Below are positions 43,331 through 53,138 of a stretch of DNA of 64,000 nucleotides, in pieces (position 1 is the stretch's first letter; each line of letters opens with the position of its first letter). This DNA comes from an uncultured Bacteroidales bacterium (GTDB taxonomy: Bacteria > Bacteroidota > Bacteroidia > Bacteroidales > CAYVNP01). A program made the translations under genes and the position numbers. The notes below the pieces were generated by a model. It saw only the letters and a list, made by a program, of their open reading frames with translations, ran no database searches and was not told where the DNA came from. Where the stretch lies: NCBI GenBank assembly GCA_964452905.1, contig CAYVNP010000010.1, positions 24,420 to 88,419 of the forward strand. Direction: 5' to 3'.

Positions 43331-44212
43331 TTAAATATGTTTTATTTCCTTTTTCAATTGATCATAAACGGCTTTATTAACAGGTACGAGAGGAAGCCGG
43401 ACATTATTCTGGGCAAGTCCAAGAATTTCGAGTGCTGCCTTAACACCCGCGGGACTACCGTCAGCAAATAAAAGATCAATTATATCAAGCAATTTATAAT
43501 GCAAGGGAAGAGCTTTGGTAAAATTCCCTTTTAATGCAAAATTAACCATAGATGAAAATTCTTTTGGAAAGGCATTAGCAACAACTGAAATCACACCATC
43601 TGCTCCGGAAGCAATCAGTGGTAATGTCAAGGCGTCATCACCCGATATAACTAAAAAATCTTTTGGCTTATTTTTAATGACCTTCATGCATTGTCCTAAA
43701 CTGCCAGATGCTTCTTTAACTGCAATAACATTTTTTATTTCATGAGCAATTTTCAAAGTCGTTTCAGCGCATATGTTCATTCCCGTTCTTCCGGGGACAT
43801 TATAGATGATCATTGGGAGAGGACAAACGGAAGCAATGGTTTTATAATGCTCAAACAATCCTTTTTGATTGGGTTTATTATAGTAAGGCGAAACAGATAA
43901 GATAGCATCAATACCTTTTAAATCGGCATTTTCAATGGTGTTGGCAACTTCCATTGTGTTGTTTCCGCCAATTCCCAATACAATGGGAGTACGTTTTTTT
44001 GTTGTTTGAATCACAAATTTAGTAATTTCCTTTTTTTCATCTTTAGAAAGAGTTACGTTTTCACCTGTTGTTCCTAAAACAACAATATAATCAACACCTC
44101 CCTTGATAATATGGTGAATAATTTTTTCTAATGAATTGAAATCAATCTTGCCATTTTTAGTGAACGGAGTAATAATTGCAACTCCTGTGCCTTTAAATTG
44201 ATTGTTGTTCAT
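43331..44212 (-). CDS. dapA: 4-hydroxy-tetrahydrodipicolinate synthase
   Basis: This 293-aa ORF carries the typical DapA pattern: GTGVAIITPF, VVLGTTGE, YNKP and IIYNVPGRTG. Confidence 0.9.
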   Translation of the reverse strand: MNNNQFKGTGVAIITPFTKNGKIDFNSLEKIIHHIIKGGVDYIVVLGTTGENVTLSKDEKKEITKFVIQTTKKRTPIVLGIGGNNTMEVANTIENADLKGIDAILSVSPYYNKPNQKGLFEHYKTIASVCPLPMIIYNVPGRTGMNICAETTLKIAHEIKNVIAVKEASGSLGQCMKVIKNKPKDFLVISGDDALTLPLIASGADGVISVVANAFPKEFSSMVNFALKGNFTKALPLHYKLLDIIDLLFADGSPAGVKAALEILGLAQNNVRLPLVPVNKAVYDQLKKEIKHI

Positions 44213-44765
44213 TTTTTTTATTTAATATTAATAAATAGTTGCAAATCTGTTTTATATAATCTTTTAGTAGAATTTCATCATCAACTTTAAACATAAGATC
44301 ATAATATAGACTATGATTTTTACCGTCCTTTCCAACTTTGAATTTAGCTTTTGAAATGCCTGAAATATAATGAAAAGGAAAAAAATCTTTTAAAGAGAGA
44401 TCAATTAAAATATCAAAATCTTTTTTTACAAAATCATCAATAAAGGAATTAGTTGGTATGTAAAAAATATTAATGTCTTTCTGCGTAAAATAATCAAATG
44501 AAAGTTTAGGTATACAATAATGAGGAATAATGGGATAATTTAAATATCCCAATGCTTTGATATTTTTATTGTTATTCTGAAATGATTTAACAAGATCACA
44601 AACTGTGAGATATTCTTTTTCATCGGTTGCATCATAAAGAAATCCAATGGTTTTAGCAGTATCAAGATTATGAACAACTCGATTCCGTTGAATTCTGTCA
44701 ATACTTTTATTGAAAAAATATCGTCCGATCATCTCCCTGGGTGTTTTTAAAAAGGTAGTATTCAT
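44193..44765 (-). CDS. Hypothetical protein (conserved-looking; overlaps the dapA start by 20 nt)
   Basis: This 190-aa ORF has an ATG start and a 20-nt overlap with dapA, which suggests co-transcription. I recognise no family motif. Confidence 0.5.
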   Translation of the reverse strand: MNTTFLKTPREMIGRYFFNKSIDRIQRNRVVHNLDTAKTIGFLYDATDEKEYLTVCDLVKSFQNNNKNIKALGYLNYPIIPHYCIPKLSFDYFTQKDINIFYIPTNSFIDDFVKKDFDILIDLSLKDFFPFHYISGISKAKFKVGKDGKNHSLYYDLMFKVDDEILLKDYIKQICNYLLILNKKNEQQSI

Positions 44766-44971
44766 TATTCTTTCTTAGAAAATATTGATATGACAAAATT
44801 AAACAATTTTTACTTAAAGGAAAGACCCTATTGAAAACATTTTTTTTAATACACATTTTTAATACACATTTTTAAAGTCTGATTATAAACAAAGTACATT
44901 TAATAAAAACTGCTTTTAACTTTATTGCAATATATAAATTGGTTTAAATTTGTTAAATAAAATAAAATAAA

Positions 44972-45949
44972 ATGAAAAAAAATATTGCTGTAATTTGCGG
45001 CGGTGATTCAGGTGAATATGAGATTTCAATAAAAAGTGCTACAGTCGTAAAAAATAATCTTAACCCAAAATTATTTCATGTTTTTCCAATCCTGATTACA
45101 AAAAAAAAGTGGGTTTTTATAAATGAAAATCAACAAGAGGTTATTGTTGATAAAAATGATTTTAGTATCATCATAAATGAAAAGAAAATTAAGTTCAATT
45201 GTGTTTTTAACGTCATTCATGGTACACCAGGAGAAGATGGAAAATTACAAGGGTACTTTGACATGCTTGGCATACCTTATACATCCTGTGATTTAATAAC
45301 TTCCGCTGTTACATTTAATAAAATGTTCAGCAAAATAATTGCTTCTGATGCCGGTGTGAAATCAGCCAAATATGTTTTATTAAAAAAGAATGAAAAGATT
45401 GATGTGAAAGAAATATGTTCTAAAATTGCCTTTCCTTTTTTTGTTAAACCCAATAAAAACGGGTCTAGTGTTGGTGTCTCACGAGTTAATAAAATGTCAG
45501 AACTAAAACCGGCCATTGAAAAAGCATTTAATGATGATGATGAAATTTTGATAGAAGAGTTTATTGATGGAAAAGAAATTACTAATGGAGCTTTCAGATT
45601 TAAAGGAAAGCTAATTATATTTCCGATAACGGAAATTATTCCTAAAAATGTTTTTTTTGATTACGAAGCCAAATATCAAAAAGGAATGTCGCAAGAAATT
45701 ACACCGGCAAGAATTTCAAAATCATTAGAAACAAAAGTAAAATCTGTTACTGCTAAATTATATAACACATTTAATTGTAAAGGATTTATTCGTATTGATT
45801 ATATCATTAAACTGAATCAACCTTATTTTCTTGAAGTTAATACCGTACCGGGTTTATCTGAACAAAGTATTATACCCCAGCAGGCAAATGTGTTAGGTAT
45901 TCATATCTCGGAATTGTTTACGATGGCAATTCAAGAAGCAATAGAATAA
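44972..45949 (+). CDS. ddl: D-alanine--D-alanine ligase
   Basis: This 325-aa ORF carries the ATP-grasp Ddl pattern: IAVICGGDSGEYEISIKS, IHGTPGEDGKLQGYFDMLGIPYT, PFFVKPNKNGSSVGVS and LEVNTVPGLSEQS. Confidence 0.9.
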   Translation: MKKNIAVICGGDSGEYEISIKSATVVKNNLNPKLFHVFPILITKKKWVFINENQQEVIVDKNDFSIIINEKKIKFNCVFNVIHGTPGEDGKLQGYFDMLGIPYTSCDLITSAVTFNKMFSKIIASDAGVKSAKYVLLKKNEKIDVKEICSKIAFPFFVKPNKNGSSVGVSRVNKMSELKPAIEKAFNDDDEILIEEFIDGKEITNGAFRFKGKLIIFPITEIIPKNVFFDYEAKYQKGMSQEITPARISKSLETKVKSVTAKLYNTFNCKGFIRIDYIIKLNQPYFLEVNTVPGLSEQSIIPQQANVLGIHISELFTMAIQEAIE

Positions 45950-46009
45950 AAAGTTTTTAGACTTTTTTCTTTTTATTGTTAGATACTAAAATCCCATTTC
46001 AGGGCTGTT

Positions 46010-46462
46010 TCAGCATCCTTTAAATATCTTATAAATAAAGTAGGCACTCAATAATAAATTGTATGCTGAAAATATAAAATTAATATAACTATAACGTTTT
46101 ATTGGGAAGAACCGTAATAGAAATGTTATGTTTGAGAGCAATAATGCAAAGATCAGTTTGTATGCTTTTGAAAATTCAAATTTCATATCAGGACAAATAA
46201 ATTCTGTTAAATTCATAAAAAGAAATAATAGAAAGAAGATGAATTGAATGACGAATGTTTTTGTCAGGAATGAAACAGATTGCTGTCTTCTTTTTCTTTT
46301 AGCGCTTAAAGTGTGGACTTTTAAAAAAGAAAAAAAAACTATACATAAAGAAAAAATATATATAATATACAATACTACAATGATAATATTATCATCGTAG
46401 TTTATATTAAACATTTGCCCCATTATTGAATCTTGAAGTTGATTGGTATTAGATAATAACAT
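46010..46462 (-). CDS. Small polytopic membrane protein, function unknown
   Basis: This 150-aa ORF has four hydrophobic segments. It starts 7 nt downstream of the stop of the PKD-repeat gene on the same strand. Confidence 0.4.
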   Translation of the reverse strand: MLLSNTNQLQDSIMGQMFNINYDDNIIIVVLYIIYIFSLCIVFFSFLKVHTLSAKRKRRQQSVSFLTKTFVIQFIFFLLFLFMNLTEFICPDMKFEFSKAYKLIFALLLSNITFLLRFFPIKRYSYINFIFSAYNLLLSAYFIYKIFKGC

Positions 46463-46468
46463 TTCGAT

Positions 46469-49354
46469 TTATTTAATAATGATAATTTTTTTAATTAATG
46501 TTTGTTCAGTTGTTTTCATCTGAACATAATACAGTCCATCCGTTAAGAATGTGTTATTGAATTCCATTAAATATATTCCGGGATTCTGATTGGTGTTCGT
46601 AAGGTTTAAAAATTTATTTCCAGTAATATCATAAATGGATATCTCAACATTGGTTGGAGACGAAATGGAATATCTGATATGAGTAAAATCAGAAAAAGGA
46701 TTAGGGTAGCAGGACAATGAATTTCCATGAGAATTTATTTCATTAATGCCGGTAGATAATACTTTAACCGTGTCGCACGTTTTACAGGAGTCGTTAGTAA
46801 TAGGATCAAATATTTTATAACAAACATAGTAATTACCTATTGAGTCATAATAATGTGTTGGTGCTTCTGAATTTGAAGTGCCTGTTCCATCACCAAAGTC
46901 CCATTCACCAGTAGCACCGTCACCATAAGTAGCACCTTTGAAATCTACAGGGAATATTCCTTTATCAAATGATTTATCACCGATAAAATAGGAGAATGCG
47001 TTTCGTAATCCTTTATTTCCATTATTAAGATTAATAATTTGAATATGATCATCTACACAAGTTTGTCCTGAAGTAGATACCCGTAAATGAACTTTATAAT
47101 AACCATTTGCTGAATAAGTATTTGTTGGATTTTGTGAAACGGATGATTTCCCATCACCAAACGTCCATTGCCAATTAGCAATATTACCGTATGACCGATC
47201 AATGAAATTAATTTTTTTATTTATCGAGTCAATCGAATAAATAAAATTCGCTTTGCAATTAGAAGTTACACTGCTATCAATGATGATATTTTTACATATA
47301 TAGTTTTTACATTTATTCTGGGCGTCATAAATATTCAGACACACAGGGAAAATTCTTTTCTTGTTATTGATCATTTTGTGAATGGGGTTTTCATCGACAT
47401 AAGAGGTTGTGTCATCACCAAAGTTCCAAATATACTTGTTAATACTGATCCCTGTCGAGTGATTAAAACAACGTATGGTATTGATCTTCCAGTCAACCTG
47501 ATAATTGAAATCAGCATGACAATCTTTGTTCATGGAACTTACAAGGATTTCTTCAGTATGTTCATCTGTACATTTAGTCGTGTCATTATAAATAGTAAGT
47601 TTTACTTTATAAAATCCGCTTGCTTTGAATTTATACGTTGGATTGCTTTGTAAAGACTGACTGCCATCACCAAACTCCCATCGAGTCGTATTCATTTTGC
47701 CAATACTGGTATTTTTAAAAATAACATTATTTGAAACAGAATCAATATAATAAGTAAACTTAGCTTTGCAAACAGGGAGACTGTCAATTTGAATTTTTTC
47801 ACAATATGAATCTAAAGATTCACCAATAATATCTTTAACAGTCAGGCAAACATTGTATGTGCCGGCCTTTGGAAATGGAACCAAAGGATTGTAAGAGTTT
47901 GAATAATGACCATTACCGAAATCCCAAAATGTTTTTCCTACAGTACCGGTTGATTTATTATTGAATAAAATGAATTTCTTTTTTAAATTAATATAGTAAT
48001 CAAAGTCAGCTTTAAGTGGTTCAATGCCTACTTTAACAAAAGTTGTTTTACGATCAGTGCACCCATCCTGTTTGCGATAAGTGGATAAACTGACGTCATA
48101 TACTCCCGGATTTGAATACGTATGAGTGGGGTTTCTTAGCGTAGATACTGATCCGTCACCAAAAGTCCAGTACCAATTAACACCAATAGCAGAGGATGTA
48201 TTTGTTAATTCAATTGCATTTGCAGTATCATTGGTTTTTACTGAGAATTCAGCATTACAGTTTCTAATACCTACTTGAAAGGGTCTACAATATTGTGTTT
48301 TACAACCATTGGACGTATCATATGCAGTTAAACAGACTTTGTAATAATCATTTCCATCCGAAATATTGAATTTGTGAAGTAAAACATTCTTTTGATTGGA
48401 TTGAAATCCATCACCGAAAGTCCACAACCATAATAAATTATTATTGGATGAAATGGACGAATTATTAATTGTTACAACATTTCCATTTACATTTCCATCA
48501 AAATATAAAATTGTGTTTTGATTTCTACATATTGGCATATATCCTTTTTCAATAATTCCTTCAATATTGAAAAAAGATCCTTCTCGTCCATAACCAGATG
48601 TGATTTTACTGTTTGTTGTATAGTAGGTGACTTTAGGAATAATGAAACGAATGCCATAATTCCCAATTTCATTGGTTAAAACATTAGCAATATCCTTACT
48701 AAACGAGTTAATTGCATTTTGTGAATGATTCTCCGGTATTGTAAAATCAGTGATTGAAGCAATGGAATCATCAAACAGTTTGGATACATCAACATCATCA
48801 AACGGTTGATTATAATTAATCACTTGTTTGACTGTAGGGATTTTACAACGGATTAATGTGTCATTGTCAAGAATTAAATAAAAGTAATCTGTGCTATGAT
48901 AGATTCTTTTTTCAATGGGTCCTTTCACCCACCAGTCAATTCCTTGCTGATCATTCCTAAGTGTGAGGAGCCCAATACTTATTTTAATATCGCTGATTGT
49001 TTTATTGTATTTTTTAAGAGCAGCACTAAATTTTGGAAAACCAACAATATTATCGTATCCGCTTATTAAGACTTTTTGGGAAGTAGGTGGATCAATATTA
49101 CTATAGTCTCTGGAAGCAAGGTAATAATAAGCATATTCACCTGAACTATAACCTCCGTTTAGATAGTTCTGTAGAGTGTGTCCTGATTTTACCGGTTCAA
49201 CAGTATTTCCGGTTGGATTAACAATCCAGGCAACTACACCTGAGTTTAACGATTCATCTCCACCGAATTTAAAGTAGTTTTGAGCTTTGGCAGAGTGAAT
49301 AGAAATTGAATAAAATAATAGAGTGATAAAATAAAGTATATACTTTGTTTTCAT
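46469..49354 (-). CDS. PKD-repeat surface protein with T9SS CTD
   Basis: The 961-aa ORF has signal peptide MKTKYILYFITLLFYSISIHSAKAQ. At least seven PKD-type repeats are present (W-x-FGDG-x-x-S-x-x-x-NP-x-H-x-Y-x-x-x-G-x-Y-x-V-x-L). The CTD is CYPNPFSDFTHI...GLYYVQM. Confidence 0.8.
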   Translation of the reverse strand: MKTKYILYFITLLFYSISIHSAKAQNYFKFGGDESLNSGVVAWIVNPTGNTVEPVKSGHTLQNYLNGGYSSGEYAYYYLASRDYSNIDPPTSQKVLISGYDNIVGFPKFSAALKKYNKTISDIKISIGLLTLRNDQQGIDWWVKGPIEKRIYHSTDYFYLILDNDTLIRCKIPTVKQVINYNQPFDDVDVSKLFDDSIASITDFTIPENHSQNAINSFSKDIANVLTNEIGNYGIRFIIPKVTYYTTNSKITSGYGREGSFFNIEGIIEKGYMPICRNQNTILYFDGNVNGNVVTINNSSISSNNNLLWLWTFGDGFQSNQKNVLLHKFNISDGNDYYKVCLTAYDTSNGCKTQYCRPFQVGIRNCNAEFSVKTNDTANAIELTNTSSAIGVNWYWTFGDGSVSTLRNPTHTYSNPGVYDVSLSTYRKQDGCTDRKTTFVKVGIEPLKADFDYYINLKKKFILFNNKSTGTVGKTFWDFGNGHYSNSYNPLVPFPKAGTYNVCLTVKDIIGESLDSYCEKIQIDSLPVCKAKFTYYIDSVSNNVIFKNTSIGKMNTTRWEFGDGSQSLQSNPTYKFKASGFYKVKLTIYNDTTKCTDEHTEEILVSSMNKDCHADFNYQVDWKINTIRCFNHSTGISINKYIWNFGDDTTSYVDENPIHKMINNKKRIFPVCLNIYDAQNKCKNYICKNIIIDSSVTSNCKANFIYSIDSINKKINFIDRSYGNIANWQWTFGDGKSSVSQNPTNTYSANGYYKVHLRVSTSGQTCVDDHIQIINLNNGNKGLRNAFSYFIGDKSFDKGIFPVDFKGATYGDGATGEWDFGDGTGTSNSEAPTHYYDSIGNYYVCYKIFDPITNDSCKTCDTVKVLSTGINEINSHGNSLSCYPNPFSDFTHIRYSISSPTNVEISIYDITGNKFLNLTNTNQNPGIYLMEFNNTFLTDGLYYVQMKTTEQTLIKKIIIIK

Positions 49355-49542
49355 ATTTTTGAAAATTAAAATTTTATAAAGTTACAAAATAACATCTAAA
49401 ATAAGAAATATTTTTTTATAAAGTTAATTCATTAAGGACAAGTTGATCTCATATTCTGACATTGTCTATTTGAATAGGGTAAATCGAATTTGTTTTATAT
49501 TTACACAAAAAAGTAATAATTAATTTTTAAATTAAAGTAAAG

Positions 49543-49914
49543 ATGTGGAATACATTTAAGAAAAAAGAAATCAATCTGGATAATTTTAAAGATTTAGTAT
49601 CTATTGCTTCTGCAGATGGACAACTTGACGAAAAAGAAAAAAAATTTTTATTGTCCAAAGCTGAAAAATTAAATCTGCCAAAAGAAGAAGTGGAAAAAAT
49701 TCTATCCACTCAGACTACTTATCATGTCCAGAATTATGAAAATAAAAAGGATAAAGAACAACATCTTGCTGATATTGTTTTTATGGCAATGATTGATGGA
49801 GAACTTAAAAAAGATGAGTATGAGATGTGTGTTCAAATTGCACAGAAAATGGAGTTAACAAAGAATGATGTTGATCGAATTATTGGATTAGTGAAAAAAA
49901 TGTTTACGAAATAA
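49543..49914 (+). CDS. Small TerB-like domain protein
   Basis: This 123-aa ORF has two halves with the TerB-type pattern hydrophobic-A-x-A/I-D-G-x-hydrophobic-x-x-x-E: IASADGQLDEKEKKFL and MAMIDGELKKDEYEMC. It has no signal peptide or TM segment. Confidence 0.6.
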   Translation: MWNTFKKKEINLDNFKDLVSIASADGQLDEKEKKFLLSKAEKLNLPKEEVEKILSTQTTYHVQNYENKKDKEQHLADIVFMAMIDGELKKDEYEMCVQIAQKMELTKNDVDRIIGLVKKMFTK

Positions 49915-49929
49915 TTTTTTATTTAGTAA

Positions 49930-52536
49930 ATGAAACATATCAGCATATTTATATTTTTTTTATTTTATTGTCGGTTGGTTTCGGCACAAATTTATCCTAT
50001 TGAAAATTTCAGTATCAAAGATGGATTACCTCAATCCAATGTTTGGTCTATTTTTCAGGATGATCTTGGTTTTATGTGGTTTGGCACAGAAGCAGGTATA
50101 TGCAGATATGATGGGAAAAAGTTTGTATCTTTTGATACTGCTTCAGGTATCACAAATAATTATATCAAAAATATTATACAGGATAAAAAAGGGAATATAT
50201 GGTTTTCCACTTTTGGAGGTGGTGTTACCAAATATGATTGGAAACATTTTCAGTCTTTTGGAACAAAGGAAGGGTTAACCTTAAATCAGGTTAACTGTAT
50301 GATTGAAGATAATAAACAACCCGGAAGCTTTTGGATTGGTACCGGCGGCGGTGGTTTATGTTTATTTGATGGCAAAAAGGTCATTAAAAAATTCGATACA
50401 TTACATGGGTTACCGGATATTAAAATTACGTGTCTATTACAAACTACAGATGGAAATCTTTGGATTGGTACTGATATAGGAGGGGTATGTAAATTTGATC
50501 GTAAATCAAAATTTGTTGTGTTTAATACGACAAACGGCCTGACGGATAATCGAGTTAAAGCATTATTGGAAGATAAAAATAAAAATGTCTGGATTGGTAC
50601 CAAAGGCGGTTTAATTAAATATAACGGAAATACATTTCAGAATTATACTGTCGAAGATGGTTTACCTCATAATACTGTTCAGACCTTATCATTAGACAGA
50701 AGTAATAATTTATGTATTGGTACCAATTATGGAATAAGTATTTTCAACGGGCAAAGATTTTATAATTTAACTTCTAAAAACGGATTGTCTGCAGATTATA
50801 TTCTTTCCATCTACCATGATAAACAGGATGTGATGTGGTTAGGAACTTTTGGAAAGGGTGTAGATAAATATACGAGTAAACGATTTCAAATTTTCAGTAC
50901 AACGGATGGTTTGGCTTTTGATGTGGTACATTCAATTACTCAGGACACCAAAGGGAATATGTGGTTCGGCACTGAAAACGGGATTAGTTGTTATGATGGG
51001 AAAGAATTCAAAAATTATAATGTCAAAGATGGTCTTGGTTCTCCGGTTGTAATGACATCCTTTACGGACAAACAGGGGAATGTATGGTTTGGTACTTTTT
51101 TCGGAAAGGGAGGAGCTATAAAATGGGATGGAAAAAAATTTAAAAATTATACGACCGAAGATGGATTGTATAATTTTATTTGGTCCATTTATCAAGACAG
51201 GGACAATAACATGTGGTTTGGTACATATCCCCGTGGTGTTTGTAAATGGGATGAAAAAAAATATACATGGTTCACATCAAAAGAAAATTTATGTGGGGAT
51301 ATAATTACGGCCATATTTCAGGATAAAGCAGGGAACATGTGGTTTGGTAGTTATGGTTCAGGTATTAGTAAATATGATGGGAAAAAGTTTGTAAATTATA
51401 ATTCAAAGAATGGGTTATCGTCAGATAATATTTTTGGGATTTTACAGGATAATGATGATAACATCTGGATTGCAACGGATGGCGGTATTAATATTTTTAA
51501 CGGAAAAAAGTTTCAAACAATTTCAGAAAAAGATGGTTTGCATTCCAATACGATCTGGATCATGATGCATGATAATTCCGGAAATATATGGATTGGACAT
51601 CAAAAAGGAATAGAAAAAATTAATGTTAAAACACGAAAGAGTACTTTCTTCGGATATATGGAAGGATTTACCCCAATTGAAGTGAATGCAGGCGGAGGGT
51701 TTAAAGATAAAGATGGTAATTTATGGTTTGGAACATTTAAAGGGGCTGTCAAGTATTCTCCAAAAGAAGATAAACAGAATCCATTTATGCCCATCACGCA
51801 TATTACTGCTATCAATCTGTTTAACCGAGAAGTTTCGGATTGGAAAACATATGCAGATTCGTTTAATTTTAAAACTAATTTACCGATAAATCTTGTTTTA
51901 CCGTATGATCAGAATTTTATTACGTTTAATTATATTGGTATTCATTCTGAAGCACCTTTGAAGGTGAAATATCAATATAAGTTAAAAGGGTTTGATAAAG
52001 ACTGGCAACCCTTGACCGAAGAAACGGATGCTACGTATTCAAATTTACCTCCGGGTGAATATACTTTCTTACTGAAAGCTTTAAGTGGAACGGGAGTTTG
52101 GAATGTTAAACCAGAAGAATATACATTCAGGATTGATTCGCCCTTTTGGGAGAAATGGTGGTTTTATGTCAGTGAAATCTTGTTTTTTGTTTTTATGTTT
52201 ACCAGTTCAATATATTTAAGCCGCAGAGGTGGAAATGAAAAATTGGCTACTCCTCTTTTATTTACTTCTATGCTTGTGGTTACCGAGTTTCTATCTATGA
52301 ATCTTGAAAATTATTTACAGAACTACACCGGCGGTATACCCATTGTTAAATTATTTCTTAATGTTATCCTTGCAGTATCCTTAAGCCCAATGGAAAGACT
52401 TGCTGACAGGTTGATTAAAACCAGAAAATTCAAAGAACAACTCGATACAATTAAAACTGATTTTGAAGATATTAATTTGGGTGAAATTAAGTTGGATGAT
52501 TCAATTGAACTAGATTCTGACGATAATAAAAAATAA
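49930..52536 (+). CDS. Periplasmic two-component-regulator-propeller (Reg_prop repeats plus Y_Y_Y domain) protein with a C-terminal 3-TM anchor and no kinase or response-regulator output
   Basis: - The ORF is 868 aa and has a signal peptide.
- It has at least 12 repeats of the G-L-x-x-N-x-V-x-x-I-x-x-D-x-x-G-N-hydrophobic-W-hydrophobic-G-T type.
- The Y_Y_Y motif is YQYKLKGFDKDWQPL...YSNLPPGEYTFLLKA.
- Three hydrophobic helices follow, then a short acidic tail.
- It starts 15 nt after the preceding TerB-like gene. Confidence 0.75.
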   Translation: MKHISIFIFFLFYCRLVSAQIYPIENFSIKDGLPQSNVWSIFQDDLGFMWFGTEAGICRYDGKKFVSFDTASGITNNYIKNIIQDKKGNIWFSTFGGGVTKYDWKHFQSFGTKEGLTLNQVNCMIEDNKQPGSFWIGTGGGGLCLFDGKKVIKKFDTLHGLPDIKITCLLQTTDGNLWIGTDIGGVCKFDRKSKFVVFNTTNGLTDNRVKALLEDKNKNVWIGTKGGLIKYNGNTFQNYTVEDGLPHNTVQTLSLDRSNNLCIGTNYGISIFNGQRFYNLTSKNGLSADYILSIYHDKQDVMWLGTFGKGVDKYTSKRFQIFSTTDGLAFDVVHSITQDTKGNMWFGTENGISCYDGKEFKNYNVKDGLGSPVVMTSFTDKQGNVWFGTFFGKGGAIKWDGKKFKNYTTEDGLYNFIWSIYQDRDNNMWFGTYPRGVCKWDEKKYTWFTSKENLCGDIITAIFQDKAGNMWFGSYGSGISKYDGKKFVNYNSKNGLSSDNIFGILQDNDDNIWIATDGGINIFNGKKFQTISEKDGLHSNTIWIMMHDNSGNIWIGHQKGIEKINVKTRKSTFFGYMEGFTPIEVNAGGGFKDKDGNLWFGTFKGAVKYSPKEDKQNPFMPITHITAINLFNREVSDWKTYADSFNFKTNLPINLVLPYDQNFITFNYIGIHSEAPLKVKYQYKLKGFDKDWQPLTEETDATYSNLPPGEYTFLLKALSGTGVWNVKPEEYTFRIDSPFWEKWWFYVSEILFFVFMFTSSIYLSRRGGNEKLATPLLFTSMLVVTEFLSMNLENYLQNYTGGIPIVKLFLNVILAVSLSPMERLADRLIKTRKFKEQLDTIKTDFEDINLGEIKLDDSIELDSDDNKK

Positions 52537-52651
52537 AAATATTAAAAAGTTATGTTTTTTTAAATTAATTTTGTTGTAATTAAAAAAAACAATTAAATTT
52601 GTGTATTCATAACGAAAAAATAGTCAGTATAAACTAATAAAATTTAAAATC

Positions 52652-53044
52652 ATGGCAGTATTTAATTACAAACAGACAATCTATGCAGGCATGATCGCTA
52701 TTGCCGGAGCTAATGGTGAAATCAATAGAAGAGAAGAAAGTAAAGTGAATGAAATCTTTAATCATAATTTCGATATGTCAAGAAGTGATCGCAAAGAAGT
52801 GATGAGATTATGGGAACAGAATAAGGCCAATTTTACCAGTATGATTATTGCAGAATTAAAGATTCATTCTTGGAATGATCAACGTGAAGCCTTTAAAAGT
52901 ATTTACCATTTTATTCTGGAACGTCGCAAAGAGTATAATCTCAGCGGTAAATCAAGAGCCAAAGGTGTAGATGAAGATTTGAAAGAATTAAATCTGTATG
53001 AAGAAACTGCTGAAACGATTAAAAAAGAACTTGGACTTGCATAA
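52652..53044 (+). CDS. Small hypothetical protein with a weak TerB-like motif
   Basis: This 130-aa ORF is predicted to be soluble. IAIAGANGEINRREESKVNEIF resembles the TerB half-motif. A strong terminator follows it. Confidence 0.4.
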   Translation: MAVFNYKQTIYAGMIAIAGANGEINRREESKVNEIFNHNFDMSRSDRKEVMRLWEQNKANFTSMIIAELKIHSWNDQREAFKSIYHFILERRKEYNLSGKSRAKGVDEDLKELNLYEETAETIKKELGLA

Positions 53045-53070
53045 AATTTAAAATTATTTATTTTATTTTA

Positions 53071-53104
53071 AACCATTCTTATCTAATATAAGAATGGTTT
53101 TTTT
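53071..53104 (+). terminator. Intrinsic terminator
   Basis: The sequence is AACCATTCTTAT-ctaat-ATAAGAATGGTT followed by TTTTTTT. It is a perfect 12-bp stem, 27 nt after the stop at 53044. Confidence 0.75.
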
Positions 53105-53138
53105 ATTTATATTTGAATTTATTCTGAAATAAAAAAAT

